In this document: positions 1 to 13,700 of the stretch, in pieces
How positions within the stretch are numbered: position 1 is the first letter of the stretch
How the letters are laid out: the number at the start of each line of letters is the position of its first letter
From: Lingula anatina
Taxonomy: Eukaryota; Animalia; Brachiopoda
Length of the DNA stretch: 64,000 nt
Assembly (NCBI GenBank): GCA_051362555.1
Contig: CM120641.1
Location: forward strand, 21,328,001 to 21,392,000
Direction: 5' to 3'
Translations under genes and position numbers: made by a program
The notes under the pieces: generated by a model
Databases searched by the model: none
The model's input: the letters and a program-made list of their open reading frames with translations, nothing else
Told to the model about the DNA's origin: nothing

Positions 1-44
1 TAATTTTGGTAAAGTCTTTTCATCAGTACAGCCCTTCATTTCAG

Positions 45-2056
45 GTATCACAGTCTTTTTGAGGTGATTGTGAAAATTTACCAGGAAGAAGGAATCCGAA
101 CTCTTTACAGAGGGTTTACGCCTACTGTACTAGGCTCAATTCCTTACTCAGGAACAAGTTTCTTTACATATGAAACAATGAAGAAAAATTATTTTGGTAA
201 GAGTACCAGCCTGCGGCTTTGAGCTTGATGTACAAATAACATGTGATTGTAGTCCTTTACACAGGCATGAGATTGATATTTTTGTCTGAAAAATTGGAAA
301 CAAGTTGGCAACGTAACTGCCCAAAAAGTTAAGTGGAAACATTAGTAAATTTGGAAAAATCTCATGTCTGCTCAAGAAACCTCACTGCAGTGGAAAATTT
401 GAATTCGCTCCCTGCTAATGACTAACTAGATTATAAATAGTTAGTACAGGTTTCTTTGTAATTTTTGTTTTACTAAATATCAGTGTGCTTTTGAATCTGA
501 ATTATGCACAGGCTGTGAAATGTCTTTGGTTGCACCTCATATTATATATGTTATTGTCCCTAACATATGTATTTATCCTCCTTTACACATTAAGACTATT
601 TGGTGCATACTTATTTAATGTTTTATCCAGGCACAAAGTCTGCATAGGAACCATTTAGTCTCTGTGCTTGATAAAGAACTAACCTAATCAATTAATCCTA
701 GGTGGTAAAGGTTTACAAGGTGTTACAGCATGAAGCCTATGTGGTCTTTAATATGAATGGTGTGCAGGGATTAAATGTTTCTGCTTATTGCACTTTATAT
801 CATTTTACTTGCTCCTTATTTCAGTGTTCATTTCATTTTGCTGAAATGTCATAATGAATGTTTAGAGGCATCTCCATTTTATGTCAACCAATTATTGTTG
901 GACAAGTTGAATATTTAAATGATGTGGTTACATTAATGTGTTCGTCCTGCAGTGGGGAAAGGGACAAACTTTGGGAAACCAACTGAATCAAACATTATTT
1001 GGGAACTTAATTCTCTCTTTGGTGATTTTTGACATCATTTCTTTTTAATCAGCATTTTGTAGTTGGACTTTAAGGGAATGTGTTTTCAAAGGTTTTTAAA
1101 AACATTTTACATTATTAAGCATGAAGGCATAGGGTGCTGCCTTTGGATCCCATAACTACTATGCAATATCATAATGTTTTACAGTTAATATGCAGATCAT
1201 CTTCACTGAATTGAATACCAAGGTTTTTGTGACAGTGCCAATTTGCTTGTAAATTCCCCCCGAGTAGCCCTCCCTTATATAAAAGTCAAGTTTTGAGTGG
1301 TTTGTTTTACAGAATACTCTGGTGGCAAAGATCCATCCGCCTACCAGAGGCTGTGTTTTGGTGCCCTGGCAGGTCTGTGCGGCCAGTCTGCCTCTTACCC
1401 TCTGGACATTGTGCGAAGGAGGATGCAAACTGCTGGTAAGGAACATTTGGTTTGGCAAAAAGAGATTGCCCAAAATGATCAAGTTCCGACTAAAAAGTCA
1501 TAATTTAAAAATTCGAGGTGACACAAGGAAACTCACAGGACAAAAACATCTTGAAATATGATATCATGACATATTTATTTTTGTGGAATTTCTTTGTGGT
1601 GTCTCACCATTATCTGTGCAGTATTCTTGGGGGGAAAAAAATCCCTACAGTTTGTGATCAGTGCAGTTTTTCTCATGGAACACTTCTTGAAATACTGATT
1701 TATTTTATCAGTAAATGTCAGTGGAGCATGATCCAGATGCTAATTTGCTAGTAAATAAGAACTTTAAGTAATTTACTTTGCTTTGGCTACATAGTTCATG
1801 TTTTTTTTTAGGTATAAACTGTCAGTATCTGTTTAATTTTTTAGGTGTCACTGGCAAAAGTAGTGAATACACAGGTATTATTAGAACAATGAGGAAAGTG
1901 GTCCAGGCAGAGGGAGTGATAGGGGGCCTTTACAAGGGACTTTCCATGAACTGGATAAAAGGACCCATTGCAGTGGGAATAAGTTTTACAACTTTTGAGA
2001 CAGTGCAAAAATACCTTAGAAGTTTATCAATTTTCCAGGATTCTGATCATGGCTGA
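45..2056 (+). CDS. SLC25A42: Mitochondrial coenzyme A transporter SLC25A42-like, last three coding exons (5' part outside window)
   Basis: Exons 45-196, 1313-1435 and 1845-2056 have AG/GT borders and matching phases. Translation: [47 protein letters not shown] / ...[30 protein letters not shown] / ...[25 protein letters not shown]. It contains the mitochondrial carrier signature PxDxxRRR, and the segments closely resemble SLC25A42. Confidence 0.92.
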
Positions 2057-4754
2057 AATTTGACATCAGCTACAGGTAAACAGGCAGAGCAAGACAATTG
2101 TTAATGCTATTTAGTGAAAATGTGAATGAAGAACTTAAAACGCACAGAATGTTTTCCTATGTTAGCTGTTTGGAAAACAGTAGAGAACTGTTTCTTAAGT
2201 GATTATCAAGTATAGGTTCATGTTGAAAATAATGGAAGTCATTCATCATAAAAAAATCCATAACAATGCAATTCCAAATAGCGTTGTGGCAATTCAGGAT
2301 TGTTCAGCTGTTATCCACAATTTATCAGGTTTGCTGCTTCTCTTTGGCAAATTCAACACATAACTGCCATTATATTAATCATTAAAAAACTTTAAGACCA
2401 TTAAACATAACAGTATTGACAATGTTAGAATGTGTGTGACACTTAGAGAAAGGGCACTCTTTGAAACTAGATGTATTTTTAGACCTCTGCATATAGCCTG
2501 TGATATCTAGTTTTAATTAAAATACATTTATAAATGAAAGGTCATCAAAGGTCAGTACATTGATGAAAGGGTCATGATAAATGAGTCACGCTAAGTAATT
2601 TCATCAAACATGAATTGTTACTGATATACTGAGAAATTTACCTTTAATAAAATGGAATTTGTAGAAGATAGAGGGCAGAAATAATTGCAGTATATTTCTT
2701 TTAGGAAAAAAAAAAGAGTACATAAATTTTAATGAGTATGTACCATTTTCACCTCAACTACCAGGGTTGTCAAATGTCATGTGTATTTTACACAGATACA
2801 AATAAGTTCTGGATGCTCTGAGATTTGAGGTGCCTCTATAGTGTCATATTAAAAGGAGTGTTAAATTTAAATAGGAGCATTAAAATGGTGCCAATTATTT
2901 GTTAACAAGAATGCATGACTAACAATGAAAATTGGCATTGAAATGTTAGTTATTAATTTTTCAGAAACATAAGCACTAAAATTATTTTAATGTCTGTAAC
3001 ATTTTAAAGTGAATTTGTTACAATTTTTTATTCAGTAATAAATATGTATGTTGGCATACAACATGAAAGGCAGTTTATGGTCAGTTGACTTTTACTGTGC
3101 TCTCAGCTTCAACTGGTTGAACATTTGGGCCCTATTTTACCAGAAAAACTATGCCAATAGTTGGTCTTAACTTTAACAGGGCTGGACATTAACTTTTTTT
3201 CACTTGGTTACTACTGAACACGACCAGGTTTGGTTGGACATGCTGTACCATATTTTAAAAAAATGCTTGGGGGGATTGGGGGGGTTACCAAGCGTACAGT
3301 GATGAAATACTTTTTATGCTCTAACTGATACTTATGAGATTACATAAAATGTAGTATATAAATATGTAATTGCTATCTTATAAAATATACGCACAACTAC
3401 TATAAACATTTACCAGAAGATACACAGTAAACCATACAATTAACGAAAAACATGAAATGGAATCAGTGGCATTGTCGGACAACTGATTTGGTTGCCTGAG
3501 AGGAAAAAAAGTTGCAAACTTGAAAGACAAGGCCAGCTTTTGGCCAACAACCTTTTGAAAAACTGGCTCCTGGGTCTGTTGCATTTTCACAACCAGGCTA
3601 GACTGCCATTAAGTGAAAAGTCTGAAAACATGGTGTGAGATCCCTCTACATTGATCTCAAAAATGTTATTTTTGGCTCTAAAAAAAGTCAGAAATAGTAA
3701 ATAGAAGTAGTAAAAATCTCATTACTGCATAATATAAGGGACTTAACCTTGTGTGTTATGAAATGAAAACTAGCAAAAAAATTTAACTGACCTTTATTTC
3801 TTTCATGTTTATTTTTTTCATCTTGAAATTAAACAATGATTAATGCCACTAATATAAAAAATAAAATGATACTATTTTGTTTGAATATCCCATTTCAACG
3901 GCAGTCCATGAATGAAACTTATATATACTTAAATTCAAACAAAGGCTATATTAATGACAACAATTAGGTAACAATGTTTTACTTCAAGTTTTTTAGATAA
4001 AGCAAATTCAGGTTACTTTTCCAAAACACAGTTTATGAAACAAAATGTGGAAAAATCTGGAGTGAATATTAAGGAATATTTGAATGAATGAATGAATAAT
4101 AATAATAATAATAACAACAACAATTATAATAACCAAATACATGCCGTAGCTGTCAGTGAATGATAATAACACAATCTAAAAGCATTTTTAAACCAATTCT
4201 TGAATCAAATAAACTTCTGGTACTCAATTTGAATTTCTTTTAAATACCTCTTTTGTTCACATTCTACACTGGCATGAGCTACTTTTTAACCACAAGTCAG
4301 TTGCACAACCAAGAAGCTAACAGTTTCATATTATTCATTAACAAACTTTATTTATCAACATGTATTATAAATGTTGAAATAATATAACATTTTTAATGTA
4401 GCCCTTAACTTTTTTTGATTTCTAAAAAATAATACATTATACAGTGAATGTTCGAAGCAAAGTGGATCTATCAAAATGCACAAGTGTAACTGTAACAGCC
4501 TTTCATTCTTTATATGGAAGAGTATACCATCTTGTAATAAAAAATTACACAATAGGTATCATATAACAAAAAAGTCAAGATTATTGACGGGATCTCTGTA
4601 TATCATATTTATATAAACACTGTCACCAATTAACATCTGTGGTAAAAATATCCAATAATGCAGTATATGTCTGTTCACCTTGACTAGGGACTGAGGTTGC
4701 AATACAACTAATAGTGGAAGCTTTAGTCTTGGGAAGTCACTGGGACCAGAAAGA

Positions 4755-7700
4755 TCATTTTCTTGTCTGCTTCTTTGCAGCTAGTACCTTGTCAACCCTG
4801 AAAAAAAAAAGACAAGTGTCCATGAATTGTGGTTTTCTTTACATGCATTAACTGCAAGCAGGTTCTGTGCACCATCTGTCAATCTTTAAATTTATTGTTA
4901 CATTTCCACAAAGAACTAGAGGATCAGAGAGGCGATACCGCCTCCAAATATTGTACCACCAGCTGGAGGAAACGCATTCATATAGACCCCCACATACACA
5001 AAATAAGGGACACAGCCACCAGTTTTGTGCTTGACAAGCTGTAAAAATGCAATCAACAAGAATTTTTAAACTATTGCAAAAAATATATATGGTACAATCA
5101 AATTTAAGTTCTTCGTAAGGTAGGTCAAGGGTCAATTTCAAGGTCACAGTAAATTGCCAGTATATGACTTCCTATTCAAGTTCAAGAGTAACTATGGACC
5201 TATCTCTGTCAAGTTTGAAGTTAAAAGAGAAAGAAATTAGCAGAGTTCAGTTCATGATAAAAAGTAGGTCAAAGGTCAATTTCAAGGTCACACTTAGATT
5301 GCCAGTATAGGACTTCCTATTCAACTTCAATAGTAACTATGGACCTATCTCAGCCAGTTTTGGAGATAAAAGGGAAGCAAAATTTGCAAAATTCAGTTCA
5401 TGGTGAAAAGTAGGTCAAAGGTCAATTTCAAGGTCACATTTAGATTGCCAGTATATGACTTTCTATTCAAGTTCAATAGTAACTACGGACCTATCTCAGC
5501 CAGTTTTGGAGATAAAAGGAAAACAAAATTTGCAAAATTCAGTTCATGGTGTAAAGTAGGTCAAAGGTGAATTTTAATGTCACATTTATAATGCCAGTAT
5601 ATGACTTCCTATTCAAGTTCAATAGTAACTACGGACCTATCTCAGCCAGTTTTGGAGATAAAAGGGAAGAAAAGTTTGCAAAGTTCAGTTCATGGTGAAA
5701 AGTAGGTCAAAGGTCAATTTCAAGGTCACATTTAGATTGCCAGTATATGACTTCCTATTCAAGTTCAATAGTAACTATGGACCTATCTCTGCCAGTTTTG
5801 GAGATAAAAGGGAAGAAAAATTTGCAAAGTTCAGTTTATGGTGAAAAGTAGGTCAAAGGTCAATTTCAAGGTCACATTTAGATTGCCAGTATATGACTTC
5901 CTATTCCAGTTCAATAGTAACTACGGACCTATCTCAGCCAGTTTTGGAGATAAAAGGAAAGCAAAATTTGCAAAATTCAGTTCATGGTGTAAAGTAGGTC
6001 AAAGGTCAATTTTAAGGTCACATTTAGATTGCCAGTATATGACTTCCTTTTCAAGTTCAATAGTAACTATGGACCTATCTCAGCCAGTTTTGGAGATAAA
6101 AGGGAAGAAAAGTTTGCAAAGTTCAGTTCATGGTGAAAAGTAGGCCAAAGGTCAATTTCAAGGTCACATTTAGATTGCCAGTATATGACTTCCTATTCAA
6201 GTTCAATAGTAACTATGGACCTATCTCTGCCAGTTTTGGAGATAAAAGGGAAGCAAAATTTGCAAAGTTCAGTTTATGGTGAAAAGTAGGTCAAAGGTCA
6301 ATTTAAAGGTCACATTTAGATTGCCAGTATATGACTTCCTATTCAAGTTCAATAGTAACTATGGACCTATCTCTGCCAGTTTTGGAGATAAAAGGAAAGC
6401 AAAATTTGCAAAATTCAGTTCATGGTGTAAAGTAGGTCAAAGGTCAATTTTAAGGTCACATTTAGATTGCCAGTATATGACTTCCTATTCAACTTCAATA
6501 GTAACTACGGACCTATCTCAGCCAGTTTTGGAGATAAAAGGGAAGCAAAATTTGCAAAGTTCAGTTTATGGTGAAAAGTAGGTCAAAGGTCAATTTTAAG
6601 GTCACATTTAGATTGCCAGTATATGACTTCCTATTCAAGTTCAATAGTAACTACGGACCTATCTCAGCCAGTTTTGGAGATAAAATGAAAGCAAAATTTG
6701 CAAAATTCAGTTCATGGTGTAAAGTAGGTCAAAGGTCAATTTTAAGGTCACATTTAGATTGCCAGTATATGACTTCCTATTCAAGTTCAATAGTAACTAA
6801 GGACCTATCTCTGCCAGTTTTGGAGATAAAAGGGAAGAAAAATTTGCAAAGTTCAGTTCATGGTGAAAAGTAGGTCAAAGGTCAATTTCAAGGTCATAGT
6901 AAGATTGCCAGTATATGACTTCCTATTCAACTTCAATAGTAACTATGGACCTATCTCTGCCAGTTTTGGAGATATAAGGGACTAGATGTTATAATTTTGG
7001 AGTTACCATAATGTGCCTTAAATTTCGTACAGAAAAAATTAATTAAAATAAAGAAAATGTCATTTTGGTCAAAATTCTTGAAATAGGAGGTGCTCTGAAA
7101 GTTTCAGAAGTTCAAATTTGATGAAATAATGTCATTTTTGAACACAAGTTGTCTGCTTTGCCAAGCCTTATGTTTTATTTTTCCAGAGTTCAAAATTTAT
7201 TATCCATTACCGTACTGCACATTTTGCTTTTACCACCAATATGTACTTTTTGATACAGCGTAACTCGAAAACCGTATGGAATACAAAAAAACCGAGACCA
7301 CCTCCAGTGTTGGGCTTTACATGCTCTACAAAATGCAAAAAAGAATGGGTCTCTAGCATTAACGGTTCCCGAATTAGAGACAGTTTTCAGTTTCGGTATC
7401 TTATGGCCGCTACTCCCGTGAAAATGCACCGATTGACCCCAAATTCATGGAGATGAAAGATGACCTGAAGGGTAACACTTTCCAATAATATTATTGGTTA
7501 AGTCTGTGTGGTGTCTGAATAACAGGGCAAAAAAATTTTTTTTCGTAAAAAATTTCATTTTTTTGAAAATTTTGGCCCATTTGACCTTGAAGTAGAGGTC
7601 AAAGGTCAAATCCAAGGGTATATTTGAAATCTACACATATGACTTTTGGAAAGCCGTCTATAGAAATTTTTCCCATAACTCCTTCCGTAGGGTAGATAAT

Positions 7701-10700
7701 TAGCATTTAATTTTGCCATTTTTAGACAAGGGTGCATTGCAATGAGTGCCACACCCAGACCCCAATACCGACAAAGCCCAAATTTTACGTGGAACGAGTT
7801 GAGATTATAGGTGACCTAAATCCATGAGATGGGTACGGGGGCCCTTACCGTCTAGGAGGAGAAGCGGTAACGGTAGCCGTCCGGCGGAGCCGGCGGAGCC
7901 AACGGAGCCGGCGGAGCCGGCGGAACGATCCGGACGGGACCGAAACCATGTGTACCGCCAGCGCTAACGCTGGTGGTACAATTATTGATTTGAAATTTCC
8001 TAGGTATCCAAGATAAATAAAGCAATAACAAGCATTAGAACACAAATAAACCATTTTACTGATTACTCTTTCTTGGCATTATTCTCTCTGCTAACATCAA
8101 AAGAATTACATTAATAACTGTTTTACAGCACTGCTTTCACACCATGACAAATGGATCTTAAATCGTAAGTCAAAAACATTCTGTATTTTTTTGCATATTA
8201 ACAACAGTGCATAGGACTTATTTCATCAAAACTAAGTGGCAGCCTAATAAACCCTGCTACTTCATAATGTGCATTAAGCTTTAGTCTTTACGATCAAACA
8301 ACATTTATACCAATGAAGCTGTGATGCTCCATCTCCTATTACACAGACACAATCTACTCTACAGACTGACAACAGTGACTAGTTTACAATTGTCCTTGGA
8401 GTTCTGAATAATGAGGACATCATAAGAGAAAATATTTCTCCTTATTCAAGACCAGCAACCTAAAAAGCTCCTTTTGCACCTACTGCATAGGAATGTGATG
8501 CTTATAATTAATGCGCATTGAAAAAATTGAGAAAGATAGTTGTCCCCATTTACATTTTGGTTTCCTTAAACAAATCTGATTTGCTTCATTTAATGTCATC
8601 AATCTTTATTGTAAATAATGGTGCACTCAGCACAGTAATACACTGAATATTTATGCTGTACACAGTTTGGTAGATACCAGTTAGGATTGATGACTTAACA
8701 TACTAGTAGGTCAAATCAGATTCATTTTACTGCTGTAGCATAACACGGACATGTGATAGGACATGTAGATGCCTATGGGCATGCTGACACGACACAAAGC
8801 CAGCACCTGCCTGTACATATGAAGCAACAAGACTCACAGTGGACCATATCACTAGAGATTTTTACCTGTACTCACAGGTTGTTGACATGTTTGAGACCGA
8901 GGGTGATATCTTTGATCATACCTTGCAAAATTAAGGAACCAAATGGAAATCTAATATAATTTGACAGAAAAAAGGAATACTGAAAGAAGCCTTTGTCCTT
9001 AAAGTTGATGTACTTGGCTAAGAAAAGAAAGGTATATTTCAAAAATAAGGATATCAAATGAAGATACATTCACACTTCTAAAAATAAGGAAATAAATACA
9101 CAGAAGCAAGATAAGATTCAAATTTTATATCTCATCTTTTCAATCAGAGAACAATTAGTTTTACTGAAAAGTATTTGAACTTATGAGTCAATTTACCTGT
9201 CAGATAAAACAAGCCCTTCCCCCATGTACCTGTGAGAAAATTAGGAATTATCTCCAAAACATTAACTTAAAGTAATATCCGTTCCAAAGCAAAACAGTAA
9301 AAAGTTGGTAAAAAGTTAACATACTTCACAATTTGCTCTGGGATATGTACATACTCCATTGGAATATGCTTGGAAAGGTCACTGATGGTGTGGATATACT
9401 GCAGCTTTGCATAAAACTTGGAGCTGAAATAAGATTGTAAAACAATACTTTTACTAGACATTAAAATGCTAGGAGGATAACACTTCCTGAAAAAATAACA
9501 GTTGTTATCCAGTGTTTTTTTTTACCAGAAACTAATAATAAACATTAAATAATTATATAAAGAGAAATTTGAAAATTGTATCTTGAACCTTTTTATCCTG
9601 GGAATTAACATATCATAAGGCCTGAAAACTACACATTTCCTATAGCTTCATCTGAAGTGAAATAAGTTTTAAAAATCTTTCCAGTTAATATTTTAACTTT
9701 ATTTTAAAGCTGAAACACATTAAAGTTTGCCTGTATGATTAAGTTAGATTATGAACCAAGTTTTTAAAAATTTACAGACACTTTCATACAGCCCAAACTA
9801 CTATTACGTTTACAGTTTATGGTCAATACCTAATAAAAGGTTTAGTTAAGAACACCACAGTCCTTAACCACAAAGTTGGGTGTACCAGCAATAGTTTCTT
9901 CAGGTTCTTCCTTAGCCTAGAACACAATCAATCTATCTATTAACCAACGCATTTCATGTTTTCATCATGTAAATAGATTCATTACATTAAATTCACAAAA
10001 AAAGGAAAACTGGAGAGAATATTTGAAGTCAAAAGTCATTGAACAGTATATGATTGAAGAATAACTGCCATTATATTAAATCATGTCAAGTAAGAAACAT
10101 TGCTGCTGACATCATATTAGGTAGATCCATTACTCATGAATATAAACGTCATGCAATTCAAAATACAATAATACCTAGATCCCATTTTACAAAAAGACTT
10201 AAGTCAGTTTGAACTAAAATTTTAGCTAATACTAAAGATTCAGCTGGCTTAGTTGTTCCACAAAGAAATTTACTGGACGCTTAGCCATTTTTTCTGTCAA
10301 AAATTTAAGCAGATAGCCTGGAAATTTAGTCTCATAAACTTTGGTACACTGAAAAATTACATTCTTTTTGAAATATGTCTAACTGCCTGCAGCTGCATTT
10401 AATCTGGTTCACTTAAACCAAGTTGTATCTGAGCGTAGTCAGTTAAAGACAATATTTTTGTGAAACGTGATCCTGGGAAACATACAGAATGAGAGAAATT
10501 CTATTCTACCCCATTCACACTACAGTTGCCAAAATGCGCATTTCTATAATTCGGATTTTTCGTAAGGAATCCGATTCGGTATTGCGTTCACACTCGCTAA
10601 GCGAATCCGAATCCCATGTTGAAAATTTCAGGTTTAACTTCCTGTTTTGAACACTCGCGCATGCGCCGCACAGGAAATCTTAAAATACCAACAAAAATTT

Positions 10701-13700
10701 GTGACGACAAATGCAACTCAGAAGACATTCCAGCATTCTTGAGAAGTATAAGGTGGCAAAATAAGTTTGTTTCCTCATGTTGTAGTGAGTGGTGACCTCC
10801 AAATACGTTTGGTGCAATCGCTAAAGTAATAAACAAGCGTTCATAGATATCCGCACTTATCAGCACACATGCGCAGTAAGATCTGTACAGGTGTCGATTC
10901 CGGTAAGTTATCCGGATCGCGCTTAGAAATCCACCTCGCTTGCAGGATTTTGAAAATGCGCATTACAAAAATCCTCTTGCGTTCACACTACTGCATTTAT
11001 TCGAATTGTGACCTAATTCGCAATTTATCCGGATAACTGAGCATAGTGTGAACGGGGTATAAGTCAAAAATGAGATCCACATCTGGAATTTGCTTAGAGA
11101 CAGTAACACTTATACCTTCTATCAATCATCTGATAGCATCTCTTCAGCCAGCCCAGACTTGGCATTCTATTTTTAGGGGTAGCACCATGGAAGTACACTA
11201 TCATGTAATCCTCTGCTACCAGGAGTTCCAAAGTACTGACAACATATCTAAAAGTAGAAGTTCTATCATAAAAAAATCCATTATGTAACCCCATTTGCTA
11301 TTGGTTATCTTGTAATCAAATGAAAATTTCCATGTCCTTCAAAGTCCATTATGGTAAAATTACAAGACATCTATGACATAAAACCAATTAAATGGAAACA
11401 TTTGGCCTCAAAAAGTCTTCAGGTAGAATTCAATAAAAGTAATCGACAGTGACAAACAAATGGTTTATATTAAGAGAAAAGTCAAACCAGATCAGACTGC
11501 ACCGAAATGTAGCTCACATGGAGCTGTCAGCAGCACCTGTCTGCCTTCTTTAAATGCTTTTATAACCATATCTTAATTTGATCAATTAAATTGGTTAGTT
11601 AAATTGTAAAATCTGGTTTAAGTTCAACAGAATGACGGCCAGATCATGAAATTATTACCAGTAGTACTCTTTAAAGGAAAATATTATTTACTCAGGAGTT
11701 GTATTTTTAACTTACAAAAACAGGTTGTCCATCACATAGCTGTAATCTTTTCTACTCCTGTCTGGTAAAAAGCATGCAGCAAATATTATGATTGCATTAA
11801 AACCATCTCCGTAGTAACCTAAAAATTATGAAGGGTCCAAACAAATTATACTGGTCACATTATCAAACAATCTTTTAACCAATAACCTGAAAATAACACA
11901 AACTTCAAAGAAATAGGTAGGGGAATGACTTTTTGACAACATTTGGTCCAATGGCAGATTTCTAAGACAGCACAGTGGGTACATTTCCACCCCTAGCAGT
12001 ATAACAAGCAAAAAGGCAAGTGATATTTTTATCCCCATCTTACATTATATAGTACAGTTACCGGTTTCCAATATGTAAAGCTGCACTGAGAAGAAAAACT
12101 CTTGTCCCTCCCTTACCAATATCCTTGATCTGCAAGTGTTGGCCAAATTCTTTTCTTTTGTTGAGGAAGAGGAGGGAGAGGAGGAAAAGGAGAGAGTGTG
12201 TCAGTATCCTTCATGGAAGGACTATACAAAATTGTAAAGAATTTTTTATTACCAATTCAGCAACTCACCCCCATGTGAGAGTACTTTCTTGTAAGGATCT
12301 ATGACCTTCATGTCAATCTTGTATTTCTTGTCTCCTATGGTGACGGACCTCCAACTCCAGTCATCCTCTAGCTCCTCCTCTGCAGTCAACTCAGGGATGG
12401 GCTCTGGCTTCTCGCCTGAATTAAAATTTTTCTTTATGAGATGCCTCTTGTTGCAAAAACCTATACAACAGATATTTCATTTTTAATAACTATAATAACC
12501 GATTTTTGAAAAATTTGTGGTGGAGAATTGGGAAAAAAAAACCTGTACGTTGTCTCAAAGGATAATAACAGAGTAGAAATATTAGGTTTGTGTGAGGGGC
12601 CAGGAGCAGGGCAGTCTGTTCTTACGGTATATACTGTGTTCCAAAAATGTACTCACTCTGTGACTGCCTGTTACTGAAATATTTTTGTTTTTAGAACATT
12701 TTTTAATGCCACATTATTTGTTATTTTCTATGACTTAACATTTTAAGACTTGTATCTATGTTAAGAAACATCTAAATCAAAACAAAATGTATGATGAATG
12801 GGCAGTAAAAGAAAGAGTGCATCTTGGAACACCCTATGTACCAAAACTCCACTCACTCTCCCACTCCATCTCTCCCAGGGCACTGCCCTCCAGCAAATCT
12901 GGTGTATTCAGATCATCAGGAGTCTTCTCTCCATCAATATTTGCCAGCAGATCATCCTCACTCTCGCTACGGGACATGGAGTCTTTGCTTAGCATGTCTA
13001 CATTGACGTGGATTCTCCTCTTAGGTATTGCTCCACCTCTCGTGTCTAGACTGTTAGGTCGCATGGCTAGGGTGACAAGATTGATATTGGTACTGTTTTA
13101 CAAATAATTTAAATTCACTGACAAAAGTTGTATATTTATTGACAGTGCTGACTGTTACATAGCAAAATTGAGAAAACACAGGTCAGTATCTATAAAGTTA
13201 AAATGAGGAAAGCTCATGGAGATGAACAACAGATACAGGTGATGGCTATACAGTATGTCCATCCATAAAATTGGAAAAGCTTGTGAGCCTTGAAACAAAG
13301 CTGTAAGTCATGGACTGCAAGCCCTTCAACATTCATTATTGATTATTCAGATTCAATTTTGAATTTTAAAAGCAATGATTTAAGGAAGGAATTTTTGTCA
13401 TTAATTCTACATAAGTGAAAAATTTAAACTTTTTATAATTGCTTAATCAAAATTGCTGTTTCAATACTGTAGTGATTCTAATTTCTTATCCTAAATAAAA
13501 TGAAAGCCAAATAAAAGTGTCACACCTGTTTCAACTTCTTCATCTGAGTTTTCTGGTGACAGACCTGTTGCCATGGCAATATCTGCAGGTATCCGTTCCT
13601 CTGATGAAGCAGGGGCTAAACTTGACTGTCCTGCAAGTTTTCTTTCAAGCTGAAAGATATGAAAAAAATTTTTGAGAGTCTTTATATCATGCTACCGGTC

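Noticed and set aside
5838-6873. Repeated 101-aa ORFs (MVKSRSKV...) and the related ORFs at 37913-38599
   Set aside because: They are by-products of the 146-bp period (not a multiple of 3), with frame-shifting stops and no known domain.
7190-7456. Recurrent ORFs MHFHGSSG.../MYFLIQRN... (also 37178-37444, 59357-59710, 60099-60527)
   Set aside because: They recur only because the HINE core is repeated. They are short, open on both strands, and lack Rep/helicase motifs.
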